A stretch of 64,000 nt of DNA, taken from assembly GCF_009914755.1 (NCBI RefSeq), contig NC_060946.1; one strand, written 5' to 3'. Both the position numbers and the translations under genes were made by a program. The notes beneath the pieces are model-generated. The model ran no database searches. It saw only the letters and a list, made by a program, of their open reading frames with translations, and was not told the DNA's origin. How positions within the stretch are numbered: position 1 is the stretch's first letter; the number at the start of each line of letters is the position of its first letter. Below are positions 31,128-45,632 of this stretch, one piece after another. The DNA comes from the human T2T-CHM13v2.0 reference genome, Homo sapiens.

Positions 31128-31650
31128 TGGCAGATTATAAAAATGGCCACCATCCCTCACTCCTCCCTGCAGCCGCACCTCTGTCATGTGACCTTGTGGG
31201 CTCTCTTGCTGAGAGGTGAAGTCTATTTCCCTCTCCTTGAATCTGGATTTGGCTCTGAGATTTGCGGTAGCCAACAGAATGTGGCGGGAGTGACGGTGTG
31301 CTGGTTCTGGATCAAGGCCTCAAAGGTCTGGTTGCCTTGGTTCTCTCTTGAAACCCTGCCTGGGTGCGATGAGAAACAGCTGGGGCTAGCCTGCCGGGTG
31401 AGCAAAGTGCACATGGAGTACAGCTGTCCTAGGCAAGGGCCTTGACCAGCTGGCCCCCAGCTGACCCCCCCAGCCAACTGCAGACAGACAGATCCACACA
31501 GGCAAGTACGAGCCCAGCCAAGATTGCTTCTCTTTTCTCAGACCAGAAAGACCACCCAGACAACCCACAGACTCATGAACTAATCAACCATTGTAGTTTT
31601 GAGCCACTGCTTTTAGGGGTGGATTATCTTTGGTAAGAGGTAACTGACTG
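31128..31650 (+). mobile_element. MaLR (MLT1-type) LTR
   Basis: ggcagattataaaatggccac start; tttccctctccttgaatctgg; end ttttgagccactg...ggggtgg...taactga. Confidence 0.65.
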
Positions 31651-31897
31651 GGATATTATCCTAGTCATAGAAGGTGCCCAGTAAATATTTGTGAAACAGC
31701 ATTGAAAAGGAACAAAGCAGACAAGATAATTTGTTGGATTCCTTTTCTTTCTGTTTTCTGTGCCTTGTAAGATGGCAACTAACAGTACGCCTCAGCTTTG
31801 TGTGTACGATGTGAGGCAGGCTGAGGGCGCACCCACCACTTTCACCGTCACCTAATTATTGCTAAGCTCTTGGGAGCTACCACCCTCAGAGACTCAC

Positions 31898-32025
31898 CTG
31901 GAAATGTGGCGATGAGTCTCTGGCTTCCCAGCCCTCATCCGGCCTCCTGCTGTCCTTCGCTGCCCACCAGGAAACCAAAGCAGGGTGGAATGTCTGCAGC
32001 CCATAGGGGTAGAAATACCAAGCAC
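31898..32025 (-). CDS. SUN2: SUN2 coding exon, GAWYFYPYGLQTFHP...SSPHFQ
   Basis: AG/GT boundaries; 128 nt. Confidence 0.95.
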
Positions 32026-32332
32026 CTGTGCACAGGGGAGAGGGTGTTACCCCAGCTGGGCCTCCAGCAAGAGGCGCGCGCCAGGGAGGATGGCTACCTG
32101 ATCCCTGCCAGTGCTTGTGGCCTGTCCCACTCGTGGAGCTGTGCCCTTCCAGAGGCATCAGAGGGATGCAGGTGCCCCCATTCTCTGAGGTGGCAACTTC
32201 CACCCAACAACCTCAGAGCATATTCATTCTCACACCCCCACGGGAATCCTTCATCTTTCTGTAAGTGGCAAAACTTGGAGAAAACATTTTGAATGAGTTA
32301 GGGATGATCCAGGGTACAGCCCAGAGGACCTG

Positions 32333-32508
32333 ATGGTGGTTCTCAGCCCTGTCTGGTCGTCAGAATCACCTGGGGAGATTTTAGTACAACCAGGTCTGGC
32401 CCTGCCCTCTGGAGAGCAAGCTAATTGGCCTGGGGTGGGGCCCCTGCGTAGGTGAGTTTGTAAAGCTTCCTGGTGACTGTCATGGGCCGCCATGGCTGAG
32501 AGTCACTG
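32333..32508. mobile_element. MER5A-like hAT element
   Basis: gtggttctca...tcagaatcacctggggag...ggctgagagtcactg termini. Confidence 0.6.
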
Positions 32509-32963
32509 CAACAGAAAGCACCACCCCCTCTAAGAGAGGCTGCTCGAGGCCCAGACACGAGCACCAAGCTGCAGCCACACAGAGACATGTTCATTCTGTT
32601 TTCAGGGCCATCTGTTTGATACCTGTTTACTCCTGAGCTCTGGGGCAGGTGGCAGGGGAGCGGGGGAGGGAGGGCTTTCTGTCCTGATAAAGCTCCATTC
32701 GCTACTCAAGCACCAGAGGTTGGCAGGTGCAAAAGGAAGCTCATGCCCATGGGGCTTGAAGTCCAGCATGGACATGGCCTTCATGCACACACTCCCCGAG
32801 CAGGTCACTGAGCCCCCTCCACGCGCATCTCCATGTGATGGGTTCACAGCACTGACTACAGCAACCCCACAAGGCCATGGTGAAGCTCAAATTGAACTGA
32901 GATAATGCACGGGAAAGTGCTCTCTGGGTACATTGCTATGCAATTATAAAGAATCACTGACTG

Positions 32964-33583
<620 letters not shown>

Positions 33584-33799
33584 TTAAGGGTGGTGCTCAG
33601 TTGCCACTGGATATGAACCAGCTGTTCTTGTAGCAGCAAACACAAAAACGAAGCTAACTTTTGGAAAAGTGTTCTACCCTGTTATTAATAAAAGAAATAC
33701 AAGTTGAATGATATTAAGCTTATAAAACAAACTCTCAAAAAATAATAAAGCATGGTCTTTAATTACTTGGTGCAGTCATTAAAATTGAGCTGAGAGTCA

Positions 33800-34595
<796 letters not shown>

Positions 34596-34927
34596 TCAAG
34601 ATTTAACTTCATCTTGTAAAAATAACTCCCTCATAGCAGATGTCCCTGTTGGAGTGGAAGGAGGATGACTGCTAATGATAATGGGAGGGCATCCCGCTTT
34701 TCACCCAATGTTGCGGCACTAGGGTGTGCTCCTGCCCAGGGCGGCACAAAAGAGGCTCAGGAGAGGTGGGGAGGGCCATGCAGAGATGATCCAGGGTCCA
34801 GGGCTCAGGCCCTGCCCAGTCACAGGCACACCCCACCCAGTCTTGCCCCTTCCCTGCCTGCCAAAGGTCACCACCCTCTGGTGAACACATCTCTGTGCCT
34901 CCCTCTGCTCTCCCCATGCAGGCTCAC

Positions 34928-34998
34928 CATACGTCAGGCACGTCAGCAAGAGCAGCGGCAGCAGGAACCAGAGGAACGTCTTCAGGGACGAGAAGCGC
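34928..34998 (-). CDS. SUN2: SUN2 coding exon, RFSSLKTFLWFLLPLLLLTCLTY (transmembrane helix)
   Basis: AG/GT boundaries; 71 nt; hydrophobic stretch. Confidence 0.94.
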
Positions 34999-35980
34999 CT
35001 GGACCACGCGGGAGGGCAGGACGGGGGAGGCGGAGGTGTGAGGGGAGCTCCAGGCCTCCACGTTCCACCCAGGGAGTACCCTGAGATGTTTTCCTGGGTG
35101 CTGAACTAGAGCTAAGGAGGATAGCTTGAGCTTCTCACTGTGCCAGGGCCAGCCTGGACACGTCAGAGCCTTTCCTGCTGGGCAGGTCTTAGAGTGATGG
35201 GACAATTTTGACTGAATTTTACTGATGTTATTAAAAATAGTGTGGTCTTTGAAAAACTCAAAAATTTTTATATGGACAGGTCCTCTAAGTATGCAAATAT
35301 AGAAAAAAAAAGTAACTCCTTAAATAACAACAAGGAACCTGTTTTTGGTGACACAAACCCATCCTTGCCCCTTGTTTCAGTATGGCCAGCTGTCCCCTCT
35401 GCCCGGACCTGGATTACGGCCAGAGGGATCCTGACTTCTGGGTTCCGTGTTCTTCTGCCTAAGGGGCACATTCTCAAATCCTGGTTCTGCTGGTTTAGGG
35501 ACTTGGGGAATGAACCCATAGCATCCTCAGGCAGAGCCTCTTTGTGGCTCTGACCATGAGTGGGGAACTCGGGGGGTTAGATTGTCCCAGGCCCAAGAAG
35601 GAAGATGGACTTTCTGGGAAACCCCACTTCTTGCCTGGAGTCAGTGGGCCTACCCTGCAGGAGGAAAGCCATCGTGTGTCTGAGAGCCAGGCACGGCTAG
35701 ACTAGTGTGGCGTTTAGTAGAATGTGTCCAAGAAGAAATAATCTGTGCTCTGGAATCCTGCCTCGAAGGGCTATCAATTCGGGGAGAAGAACCTGACTCT
35801 GAGTCCATCCTCTGTCAGGCAGGGGTGGGCTTTGGGGAAGCTACTCCGTGATCGCTAATAAAGGCTCCAGGGAAACTGGGGAAAACCCTCAGAGAATCGA
35901 CCATTACAGGTTGACACACTTTACCCGTCCCTTCACCCCAGGGCCTTGCGATTTATTGGCAAGGGTGGAGTCTCGCTCAC

Positions 35981-36074
35981 CTGGTTAAAACGAAGACGTC
36001 AAGGAGGGAGGCAGCTGTGGTCAGGCGGTACCAGGTGGTGCCAGCCCACCAGTAGAGAAGTCTGAAGAGCCGGC
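35981..36074 (-). CDS. SUN2: SUN2 coding exon, GRLFRLLYWWAGTTWYRLTTAASLLDVFVLTR
   Basis: AG/GT boundaries; 94 nt. Confidence 0.95.
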
Positions 36075-36439
36075 CTGGAAGAATGACCATCAAGCCGAAG
36101 GCTCCATATGGTGTTTGGGGGCACCGCTCCTTTGTCCCGTCTGCCGTCCTCCCTGCCCCTACCCCACCCCCACCTGCCAGTATGCCTCTGTCCTGCCCTA
36201 CCGGGACCCAGGTCCTTGGATCCCACCTGCCCACACCCTCTGTCCTGCTCTGCAGCTACTCCTTCCCTTCCACGCAAGGGGGTCCCCACAGCTCTGGGCT
36301 CCCAGTGATTATTCTAGAATGACCTTTCCCCAATGGTCCTACAGTCTCTCTGCATGGGCAGGATGCCCAACTGCAGAGAGATGGGTAAGAAAGCACTATC
36401 ACCAAGAATGGAAGTAACTGGGCACGGGTTGCAGCCCAC

Positions 36440-36535
36440 CTGGCGAAGTGGCCACCATCCAGAGTAAGGAGCCCGCCCGTGAGACGGCGCTTCGGAGCCG
36501 CGAGCTGGAACTCTGCTGGTCCACATCCGAGTAGC
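36440..36535 (-). CDS. SUN2: SUN2 coding exon, GYSDVDQQSSSSRLRS...VATSP (an alternative acceptor extends it to 36598)
   Basis: AG/GT boundaries; 96 nt; in-frame AG 63 nt upstream. Confidence 0.94.
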
Positions 36536-37112
36536 CTGCGGGGAACGAGGACACTGGCTCAGTCTCTGTCACTTTCGAGCCTCTTCCTTCACTGTCTTCT
36601 GTGAGCCAAGACCACAAGTCACCCACCCTCCTTCACATCCCCACAGCCCCACACAGGCCCGGTGTGCAGTAAGGAATGAAATGGGAGCTCTTTGACATTC
36701 TGTTTCTTCTGACAGCTTCCTGTTTGCATCCCTCTCTTCACCAGCCACCCCTCAAGCTGCTGTTCAGAACTAGGTGCTGGGGTCTGACATGCACACCACT
36801 CAGAATGACTGAGCACCCACCATGTGTGAGCCCCACAGGAAAGTGCTGGAATGGGCCTGAATGCAAGGATGTTGGCCTTAGGTTGCCATAGACTCGTGGG
36901 GTGGGGAGGACAGACAAGTGAAGGGCAGTCACAGCCCAGGGCACCAGGGGCCACCGCAGGCCAGGCTGGGGCGCACCCAGGGCCGGGCATGGGAGGGGCG
37001 CTGTGCCTGCCACATGCTGCCCTCTCTCCAGCTCCCCGGGGCTCCCTGCCCAGCCTTCCTGAGGCCTCCCAGCAGCCTCGGATCTGCTCAGGAGGGAGGA
37101 AGCATCGCCTAC

Positions 37113-37250
37113 CCACGTAGTCGTCCTCAGAGGAGTAGCCCGAGGAAGAGCCCAGGAAGTCCTCGGTGGCCTTGCGCCCCACAAGCCCGCTGGCCCTGCT
37201 GCTCTCTGAGCCACCCGTGCCTCTCCTCCTCCGCACCCGCAGGTCCTCAC
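37113..37250 (-). CDS. SUN2: SUN2 coding exon, GEDLRVRRRRGTGG...GSSSGYSSEDDYV
   Basis: AG/GT boundaries; 138 nt; RRRR cluster. Confidence 0.95.
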
Positions 37251-37424
37251 CTGTGCAGGGAAGAACCAGGGGCTCTTCTGGGCCTCCAAGAGCTTCTGAA
37301 AAGTGGGGTCTGGGCAGAGAGGTGCTCTGAGGAGGGAATCCCGGGGACTGCAGGGGACACTGTGAGGAGTATCTCGCGGGAGGCCGAGGAAGCAAAGCCC
37401 CGGGACGGAGGGCTCCACACTCAC

Positions 37425-37588
37425 CCCAGTTGGCGTCACCATGCAGTTCCTCCAGGGAGCTCCTGGGTGGGAACCAGGACTCGTGGACCAGCGACTCACT
37501 GTAGTAGGAGGTGTGTGCATCAGAGGACGGGCCCAGCTGTGGCGCTGGGGACAGGCGCTTCATGTTGCTGGATTTCCTCTTCAAGGTC
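37425..37588 (-). CDS. SUN2: SUN2 coding exon, RTLKRKSSNMKRLSP...HGDANW
   Basis: AG/GT boundaries; 164 nt; basic NLS-like motif. Confidence 0.95.
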
Positions 37589-38179
37589 CTGTGGGACAAC
37601 CATGAGGGCAGAGGTAGGGAGCAGGGAGGTGAGCCCAGCCAGGAGCATGAAGGAAAGCCACAGCCTGCGGCCCTGCCTAGTGCAGGGTGTGGGTTCCCTT
37701 GTTGCTAGGCAACTCGCAGCTGCCATTCCCCTGACTCTCCCAATGCTGGCACGTCCTCTCCTGTTCTCTCTGAATCTCACCAGCAGATGGGCAAGACGGG
37801 CAGCGGCAGCTAGGGATGGAGCCACATTCAAACTTTACAACCCACTGAAACCAGACAGACCTGACCTGGCCTCAGAGCTAGCCAAAGCCTCAGGGCCTGT
37901 CTTCTGGGCCCCATGCCTGTGAGCTGGGCAGGACGACCAGGCAGCTGCTGCCACAGCCCATTTCCCAGTGGCCTGAGGACTGCGCCTGTTCTCAGCCATG
38001 TCGCTGGCCAGCTGCTGAGGCCGGACAGGTGGTGAGACATGCAGGCGTGGGGCCAGGAAGGATGGTAAGGCTGACACGCCCGTCCAGAGCAGGGGGGGTT
38101 CCTGTGAGCCCAGCCTGCAGTTTTGGGGTTTCCGGCCTGGCTTATGGTTGAAGCTGCCTCTCTCCACTTCCTGTTTTCT

Positions 38180-38470
38180 TTCTTTCCTTTTTTTCTTTTT
38201 GAGATTGAGATGGAGTTTCACTCTTGTCAACCCAGGCTGGAGTGCAATGCCATGATCTCGCTCACTGCAACCTCTGCCTGCCAGGTTCAAGCGATTCTCC
38301 TGCCTCAGCCTCCTGAGTAGCTGGGATTACAGCTGCCTGCCACCATGCCGGGCTAATTTTTGTATTTTTAGTAGAGACGGAGTTTCACTATGTTGGTCAG
38401 GGTCAGGTGATCCACCTCCCTTGGCCTCCCAAAGAGCTGGCATTACAGGCGTGAGCCACCGCGCCCGACC
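38180..38470 (-). mobile_element. Alu with a small internal deletion
   Basis: Reverse-complement Alu; TSD CCACTTCCTGTTTTCT at 38164 and 38473. Confidence 0.92.
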
Positions 38471-38721
38471 TACCACTTCCTGTTTTCTAAGCATGAGGGC
38501 AGCAGCCCCGGCTCACAGTCGGTGGGAGAAGAATGGGTGCTGTGTGCTCATACACATGGAGCAAGGAAGGACCCCCTCGACCGGACGGGGGCCCACGTCC
38601 TTCGATTTCCACCCAAGGTTGCAACAAGAAGGCAGGGGGATGGCTGGACCACAGGGCGTGCGGGCAGTGACCAAAAGCTTGTGGGGCTGTCAAGGGCCGT
38701 GGCACTCCCTTGGGTCCCTAC

Positions 38722-38843
38722 CTGAGAGGACTGTCTTTAAACAGGGTGCTCTGACTCCCAGCCACCGAGCTCCCTCCGCTGCTGCTGCTGCCGTCATCGT
38801 CACCCTGGGAGTAGCGCGTGAGGCGCTGGCTTCTTCGGGACAT
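38722..38843 (-). CDS. SUN2: SUN2 first coding exon, [26 protein letters not shown]...KDSPL
   Basis: ATG at 38843; donor CTCAG|gtaggg; likely acceptor ttag at 38881-38882 giving 37 nt of 5' UTR. Confidence 0.95.
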
Positions 38844-39192
38844 GATGAGGTGGGATGTGGACTCTTCCCCTGAAGAGAATCTAAGGAGAGAGAGGAGGAG
38901 GACTGGATGTGAGGCCTGGGGCTGTCCCCAGCTCCTCTCTAGAGGAGGTGGGACAGAGGCATCGCCTCACAGCCGAGAACAGACCACCCCCCCGGCCCCC
39001 GGCCCCCGGCGTTCAGTCTAAACAGCCCTGATGGGGGGCAAGGCAGGGATCTGTGAAGCACCCCTGCACTGTGCAGCGGCTGGAGTCACGCCCGGCCTGG
39101 GGCTCACTTCGTGACTCTGGAGCCTCTTCCAGGGCGCTTTCCACAGGCTTCCCAATTCTCAGTTTCCTTGTCTTTATCCTTCATGGTGCTGA

Positions 39193-39882
<690 letters not shown>

Positions 39883-41599
39883 TAAGTGTCTGCTGGGACC
39901 GGGCTCCTTGTATACCTCATTTATATTATTAGAAGCAAGGTAGGTATCATTACTCCCATCTACAAGGGAAGAACCTGGACACTGAGGCAATGGGTAACTT
40001 GTCCACAGTCCCCAGCCTGTAAGTGCCAAAGCCAGGGTTTGGGCTCAGCTCTGACAGGCTGTAGGGCCTGGGTCTTTCTACTCAGGCATAAAGTTTTCCA
40101 GTTGTTTCAGGAATGTATTGAAGATTCTAGTTGTGTGTCCTCAGCTAGAATCTTTTTTAGCCTCACACATGCGCAAAACAAGGCTGTATACAAACTTGTT
40201 ACACAACAAATATTTGTTAGCAAACTAACAAAATAGGGAGGAGGAGGGCAGCATGAATTACAGTCAGTTCCGGTCACCATGTGGGGCAGAAATCAAGGCT
40301 CTGGAACTGATAATGAGGACAAAGGAAGCCAAAGTGCAAAGATCTGGCAAGAGGTAGCATTCTGTGACATGAGGAAGATTAATGAACCACTCAGGTCTAG
40401 ACACCCGAATTCAAAGTCCCCGACTGCCAACATGGGGAGTCTCAACGTTAGTGCCTCTGCTGGCCCGTACAACAAAGTCACTTGGGAATTCCTAGCACTT
40501 GCTTGTGACTTTTGATCACTTCTAATATTCCTGGTTGATACTTAAATGACCAGTTCTCTGGGTTGTGTGGTGAGTATAGAAGTCCACTTCCCAACCCAGG
40601 CTGCAGAAACCCGAAGGTCTGGTTAGTCCAGCTAGAAAGTCCTCCTCTGAAAAACAAGCAACCTCATGTCCTGGCCTTGTTGGCATCTTCCCAGGTCAGA
40701 CGCCCATCTGGCATCCCCTCTACTTTTAGCTGGTGTTGGAAAAGGGACCGATTTGTAGTAGGAAAAGCAGGAAGTTGGCCTGGGTCCTTGTCTCTATTCC
40801 TGTCCTTATAAGGTAATCTCCCCTCCCCCCTCCCTGCCCCGCCCGTACGGTCCCTACCTGAAGGCTCCAGCTGCCCACACAGGGACTCCTCTTAGCCTCT
40901 GTCCTGCTGAAGGAGGTGACACCTTTGCCCAGGGCAGAAACAAGGCAACATGTTTATACCATACCCAAGCTGCCGCTGGGAAGAACTAAATATTCTGATG
41001 GAGGTTGAGCGGGGAGTGCTGAAAACTGTCAGCACCCGCCTCCGCCCTCCCAGAACTCCCAGAGATGCCTCTCAGTCTTTCCTGCGGCATCCTGGCATCA
41101 CAAAACAGTTTACCATTGAGTCTGGGTTTCACAAGATGAAAAAGGTCGAGGCCCCATTCTCCAAAACAAGAAGTGAGCCTCTGGGAGCTGAAATCTACTA
41201 CTGCGAATCATAATAGACACCACCCCCGCCCCACCTCCTCCCTAACAATCAGTTAGGAAACGCTCATCGAAAGCATCCTTCCCCACTTCTCAGCTGGGCG
41301 ACTTCCTTTCTCAATTCCGCCCTTCCCCATCACAAACATCTCCATCCATCTTCAGACTTAAACCAGATCTGGGGCATCTTCCTCGTGACATTTCCACTCC
41401 CTGGGCACAGCCAGGCCACACGCCCTTGTGGGACCTGCCAAACGCCCGGTGCTAACTCCCTCTGCCCTCATTCCCACAGGCCAAACCTGCAGAAATTGTC
41501 ACCAAAGGCGCGCCTCCTGGCTCTCTAAGTCACACCGCGCCCCCCATTGCTTTGTTTTGTTTTGTTTTAGAACTGAACAAAACGGGCCTTCCTCTGAGG

Positions 41600-42650
41600 C
41601 CCTGAGTTCTGACAGGCAGAGGCTGGGAACTGCCTGTCCCTGGAAACGGCCTGTCTGGCACAAAACCCGTAGGCGCTGCCCGGGGCCGGGTTGGGGCAGT
41701 CGGCCTTTGCCCTCCTCCTCCCGGGAGGCTGCCCGGGAAGTCCCGCCCGCAGACACCGCCCTCCCGGCTGACCAGTGGCGCGGCAGGCGGGGCGGGGGCC
41801 AGGAGGTGAGTCAGGGCGCGGGCCGCGGACCCGGGTGGAGGCTGGATCCGGCCCAGCACGTCCCGGAGAGGAGGAAGCAGGCCTGGCGGCGCGGCCCCGC
41901 CCGAGTGGCCCGACGGTGACCCGGGGTCAGGCCGGGCCGCGGCCCCCCAACCCTCTCCTGAGCTCGCCCGCACTCACCTGCTGCCGCGGCGGCTTCTAGC
42001 CCGGCCGGGGGCGTCCGAGGCCAGGCCGCCGCCGGGGCGCGCCCCCTTTCCGCGTGGGGATCCCGCGGGCGGCGCTCCGCTCAGGGCGACACAGCGGCCG
42101 GGCCCGGGGCGCGCGGGCACGCGAAGAGCGGCGACGCGGGACAAGGCGGGCGGGCGGACAATGCGGCCGGCGGAGGCCCGCGCTGCGCGAGTGGGGCCGG
42201 GCGGCGCGCGTGTGGCCGACTCTGTATGTGTGCGCCTGTCAGTCAACGCTGACAGGCCGCAGCCCATTGGTCAGGCCCCGCCGGCCGTCACCGCCCACCG
42301 CCGCCACCCATTGGCCGGTTTGAACACAAAGCCCCGGCTCGCCCCGCCCTCGCGTGGGCCCCGCTGCCCTGCGCGCTCAGCCTAGGAGTCCGCGCGTGGG
42401 AGGCGCTGGGCGGGCGGGGACCCCGGGCTGCGGGAGGACGCGACGGGAGCCTGTGCTGGGGCTCGGGCTCAGCAGGGCACTGGACTCCCGATCTGGCGGC
42501 TCAGAACACCTGAGACAGCTCTGAGCGCTCCCACGCGCGCCTGCAGCCTGGTTCACCAGGCCGGCGTCCGAGGGGAGGGTGGGAGCCCTGGGAGCGGCAG
42601 CGCGCGGGTGGCCCTTGGTGCGCTCTCGGTGAGGCTGTCGAGGGCTTGCT
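41600..42650. promoter_or_regulatory. CpG island / SUN2 promoter with GC boxes and two CCAAT boxes
   Basis: Very GC- and CpG-dense; multiple GGGCGG/CCGCCC; ATTGG at 42266 and 42310 (CCAAT on the SUN2 strand). Confidence 0.9.
41978..42210 (-). other. SUN2: SUN2 non-coding exon 1 (TSS approximate)
   Basis: Consensus donor CAG|gtgagt at 41978/41977 inside the CpG island, downstream of two CCAAT boxes. Confidence 0.75.
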
Positions 42651-42812
42651 CAACACCCGGCACCAGTGCCGTTGTCCTCTTAGCCGGCCATTTCTACACC
42701 CATTTTTCAGACAAGGAAACAGGTTGCTAATTTGGGGATTCCAGACATGCTGGGAGGCCCTGCCTCTTCCCAAGCTTTACCCAGAGCACCCAAGTTTCAC
42801 GACAGCTCTTCT

Positions 42813-42972
42813 ATTTTTTGTTTGTTTTAAACAGATTTTCTATTTTATTTAAATAGAGACGAGATCTCACTATGTTTGCCTAGGCTGGTCACGAACTCCT
42901 GAGCTCCAGTGATTCTCCCGCCTCGGCTTCCCAAAGTACTAGGATTACAGGTATGAGCCACCGCGCCCGGCC
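42813..42972 (-). mobile_element. Alu left monomer (FLAM-like)
   Basis: Monomer length; TSD AGCTCTTCT on both sides. Confidence 0.8.
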
Positions 42973-43869
42973 AGCTCTTCTGTTTTAAGGACGGTGCTTG
43001 CTGCACTTGAGCTGTGGGAAGGCAGGGCTGGCCACTCATTCTTCTACCTTACTCAGACTTGGAACGAGTGCTCAGCGTTTGAGTAAAATGCTGCCTGACT
43101 CCGGGGGTCCTGTTCCTTGGCTCCCCATCCGCCAACTGTACAGATAGAGCAGGTGCACAGCTTGGGATGAATCTCTTTCTGTGCCAGCCCTTCTAAGGGC
43201 AGATGAACAGTCGTTATTTTACTTTTAAAGTACCAAGAGGAAACGAGACAAGAATGACAAAATCACCGAGGCAGGAACAGGAAGGCTGTGGGGTCGGAGG
43301 ATTGAGGAAAGGCAAAACCCTCATGCTAAAGCGGCTTCAGCCCAACTCCAGACAAGAACAGTCCCCTTTCCTGGGCCTCCATTGCCTGCTCTGGAAAGAG
43401 AAGAGTCTCCTGCTCTTCCACCCTCCTGGAGACCACGGTGCTGGCCATTATCACTCCTAGGTTTAGACTGCAAGCTCTTTGAGGACATGGACAAGCTCTC
43501 CAGAGCCTGGTACCGAGCCTGGCTCTGGTCTGAGTGTCTGCTGGATGGAGCAATGAAAGGAGAATTCAAATCAGACGTAGGGGCAGCATCCAGGTAGGGG
43601 AAGGGCCTCTCTGACTCCTCATCTCTGGGATGCGCAACTCCAGAATTCTGTCCTAACCACTTCTATGGAGTTGCCACATCCTACCTCCTCCATTGCACAG
43701 CCTGCTTCCCCCTCTCCGGGGGTCCTGGCAGACAGGGGGGTCTGGCCTTGCTGGGGTCGGGGGGGAGTCCAGGTCCCCTCCCAGGATGTGCTGAGTGGAT
43801 ATGTGAGGCTCATGCCCACAGGCTGACTGAAGGCAGGCCCCTCTTAAACTCTGCATCCTCTGGGGGCTG

Positions 43870-44460
43870 GGAGCAGGCAGAATAATGGTCGCTACAGGAA
43901 TTCGGTACTAATGCTTGGAATCTGTGACTGTTATCTACATGCAAAGACTTTGCAGATGTGACTAAAGATTTTGAAATGAGATTATCCTAGATTATCAGGG
44001 TGGGCCCTAAGTGTAACACAAGTAACCCTTTAAGAGAAAGATAGGGGCTGGGCACTGTGGCACACGCCTGTAATCCCAGCACTTTGAGAGGCTGAGGCAG
44101 GTGGATTGCTTGAGCTCAGGAGTTTGAGACCAGCCTGGCCAAATTAGTGAGACCCCCCCCCCCCACCACCCATCTCTAAAAAAGAAAAACAAAAAAAGAA
44201 AATAATTAGCTGGGCATGGTGGTGTGTACCTGTAATCCCAGCTACTCAGGAGGCTGAGGTGGGAGGATAGCTTGAGCCTGGGAAGTCAAGGCCACAGTGA
44301 GCCAAGATCAAGCCACCACACTCCAGCCTGGGTGACAGAGCAAGACTCTGTTTCAAAACAAACAAAAAACCAAAGAGAGGCAGAGAAGACGAGCAGAGGG
44401 CAATGTGACCATGGAGGAAGAGATTGGAGTGATGAAGCCACAAGCCAAGGAATCAGAATA
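43870..44460 (+). mobile_element. MLT1-type LTR fragment interrupted by an AluJ-like element (about 44046-44370)
   Basis: gactttgcagatgtgactaaagattttgaaatgagattatcctagattatcagggtgggccctaa; resumes ...gattggagtgatgaagccacaagccaaggaat. Confidence 0.75.
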
Positions 44461-45632
44461 ATAATAAGTGTCCTGTGTGCCACACCAATGAGCTCTGTGG
44501 CCTTGGACAAGTCAATGGGGCTCTCTGGCCTTCATTTTCTCTTGCATGAGGGTCACATGGGCAAAGGACTTCTGAACTACTTCATCCCAAAGGGGTTTTA
44601 TCACCATGATCTTTGCGGGGAGACGGGAGGAGGTTGGGCCCTTGGTTTGTCCTGGACCCATCATCTGTCAGGTGGGCTTCTCTGTGCTGCCAGAGAGCAG
44701 GGCCTCCCCTCTAACACCCCACGTGATGGTGGAATGTGCTGTGTGCCTGTCTGCCTCCCCCATGGACACTGGACAGTGACAGGTCGTGGTGGGTGTTCAG
44801 CGTCCTATGAACACGAGTTAAGGAAGAGCCTCCAGTCACCTGCCTGCAACCCAGGCCAGCTCCACATCTCCCTCCCTGCTGTCAGCATCAGTCAGCAGCC
44901 AGGGTGTCGGCGTCTGTCATTTAACCATCACAGGCAGGCCTTGGCGGGGGCGGGGGACTTTCATGTCAGGCATTCTGGCTGCAGGAACTCGCTTGGCAGC
45001 TGTCAGAGGGCGGTAACCTCAGGGGAGCTTGGCGACCGACCCTCCCTCCAACTCCCGGGGGCTGTTTCTCTGCACCCTTGGGGATCTGATGTGGGCTCCC
45101 TATTCCACCCCACCCAGTCTGGTGACAAAGGCTGCGTATTTACAGAATCTTTCATCCTAAGAGCTCAAAGAGCTCCATCACCAGGTGACAACCGCAGTTA
45201 AACTCATTTTATGGAAGAAGGCTACTCTGAGGAGTGCAGGCGTGGGATCCAGGTTACAAAGTGGGTCAGCTAGGGTGCCAGGAACACAACGTGGGTCCCT
45301 GACTGAGGGGGACAGTCTTAGGCATGCAGAGATTTGGCCAGACTCTTATGGGTGACTGTGCCTTAGTCACCTCTGTCCCCCACACCTATTACAGTACCTG
45401 GCTCCTAATAAATGCTCAATAAACGTTCATCGAGCGACTGCCTGACTGCAGCTTCCCAGTCTTAAATCACCAGCTCCCCAGTGTGGTTGCAGACGCAGAT
45501 CTCCTGCAGGCCTCACCTGCACTCCTGGGGCCTCACCCCAAGGCCTCTCCTACTCCTGAGCCCTTACTCAGGCTGTGCCTCAGCCTGGAACGCCTTTCCT
45601 TGTTTCTCTGCCTGATGACATTCTAATCTTTT

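Noticed and set aside
36918-37922. 334-aa ORF antisense to SUN2 exons
   Set aside because: GC-rich shadow ORF with a non-ATG start and no recognisable homology.
44272-45201. 309-aa ORF on the + strand
   Set aside because: Starts inside an Alu at a non-ATG codon, runs through an MLT1 fragment, and resembles no protein I recognise.
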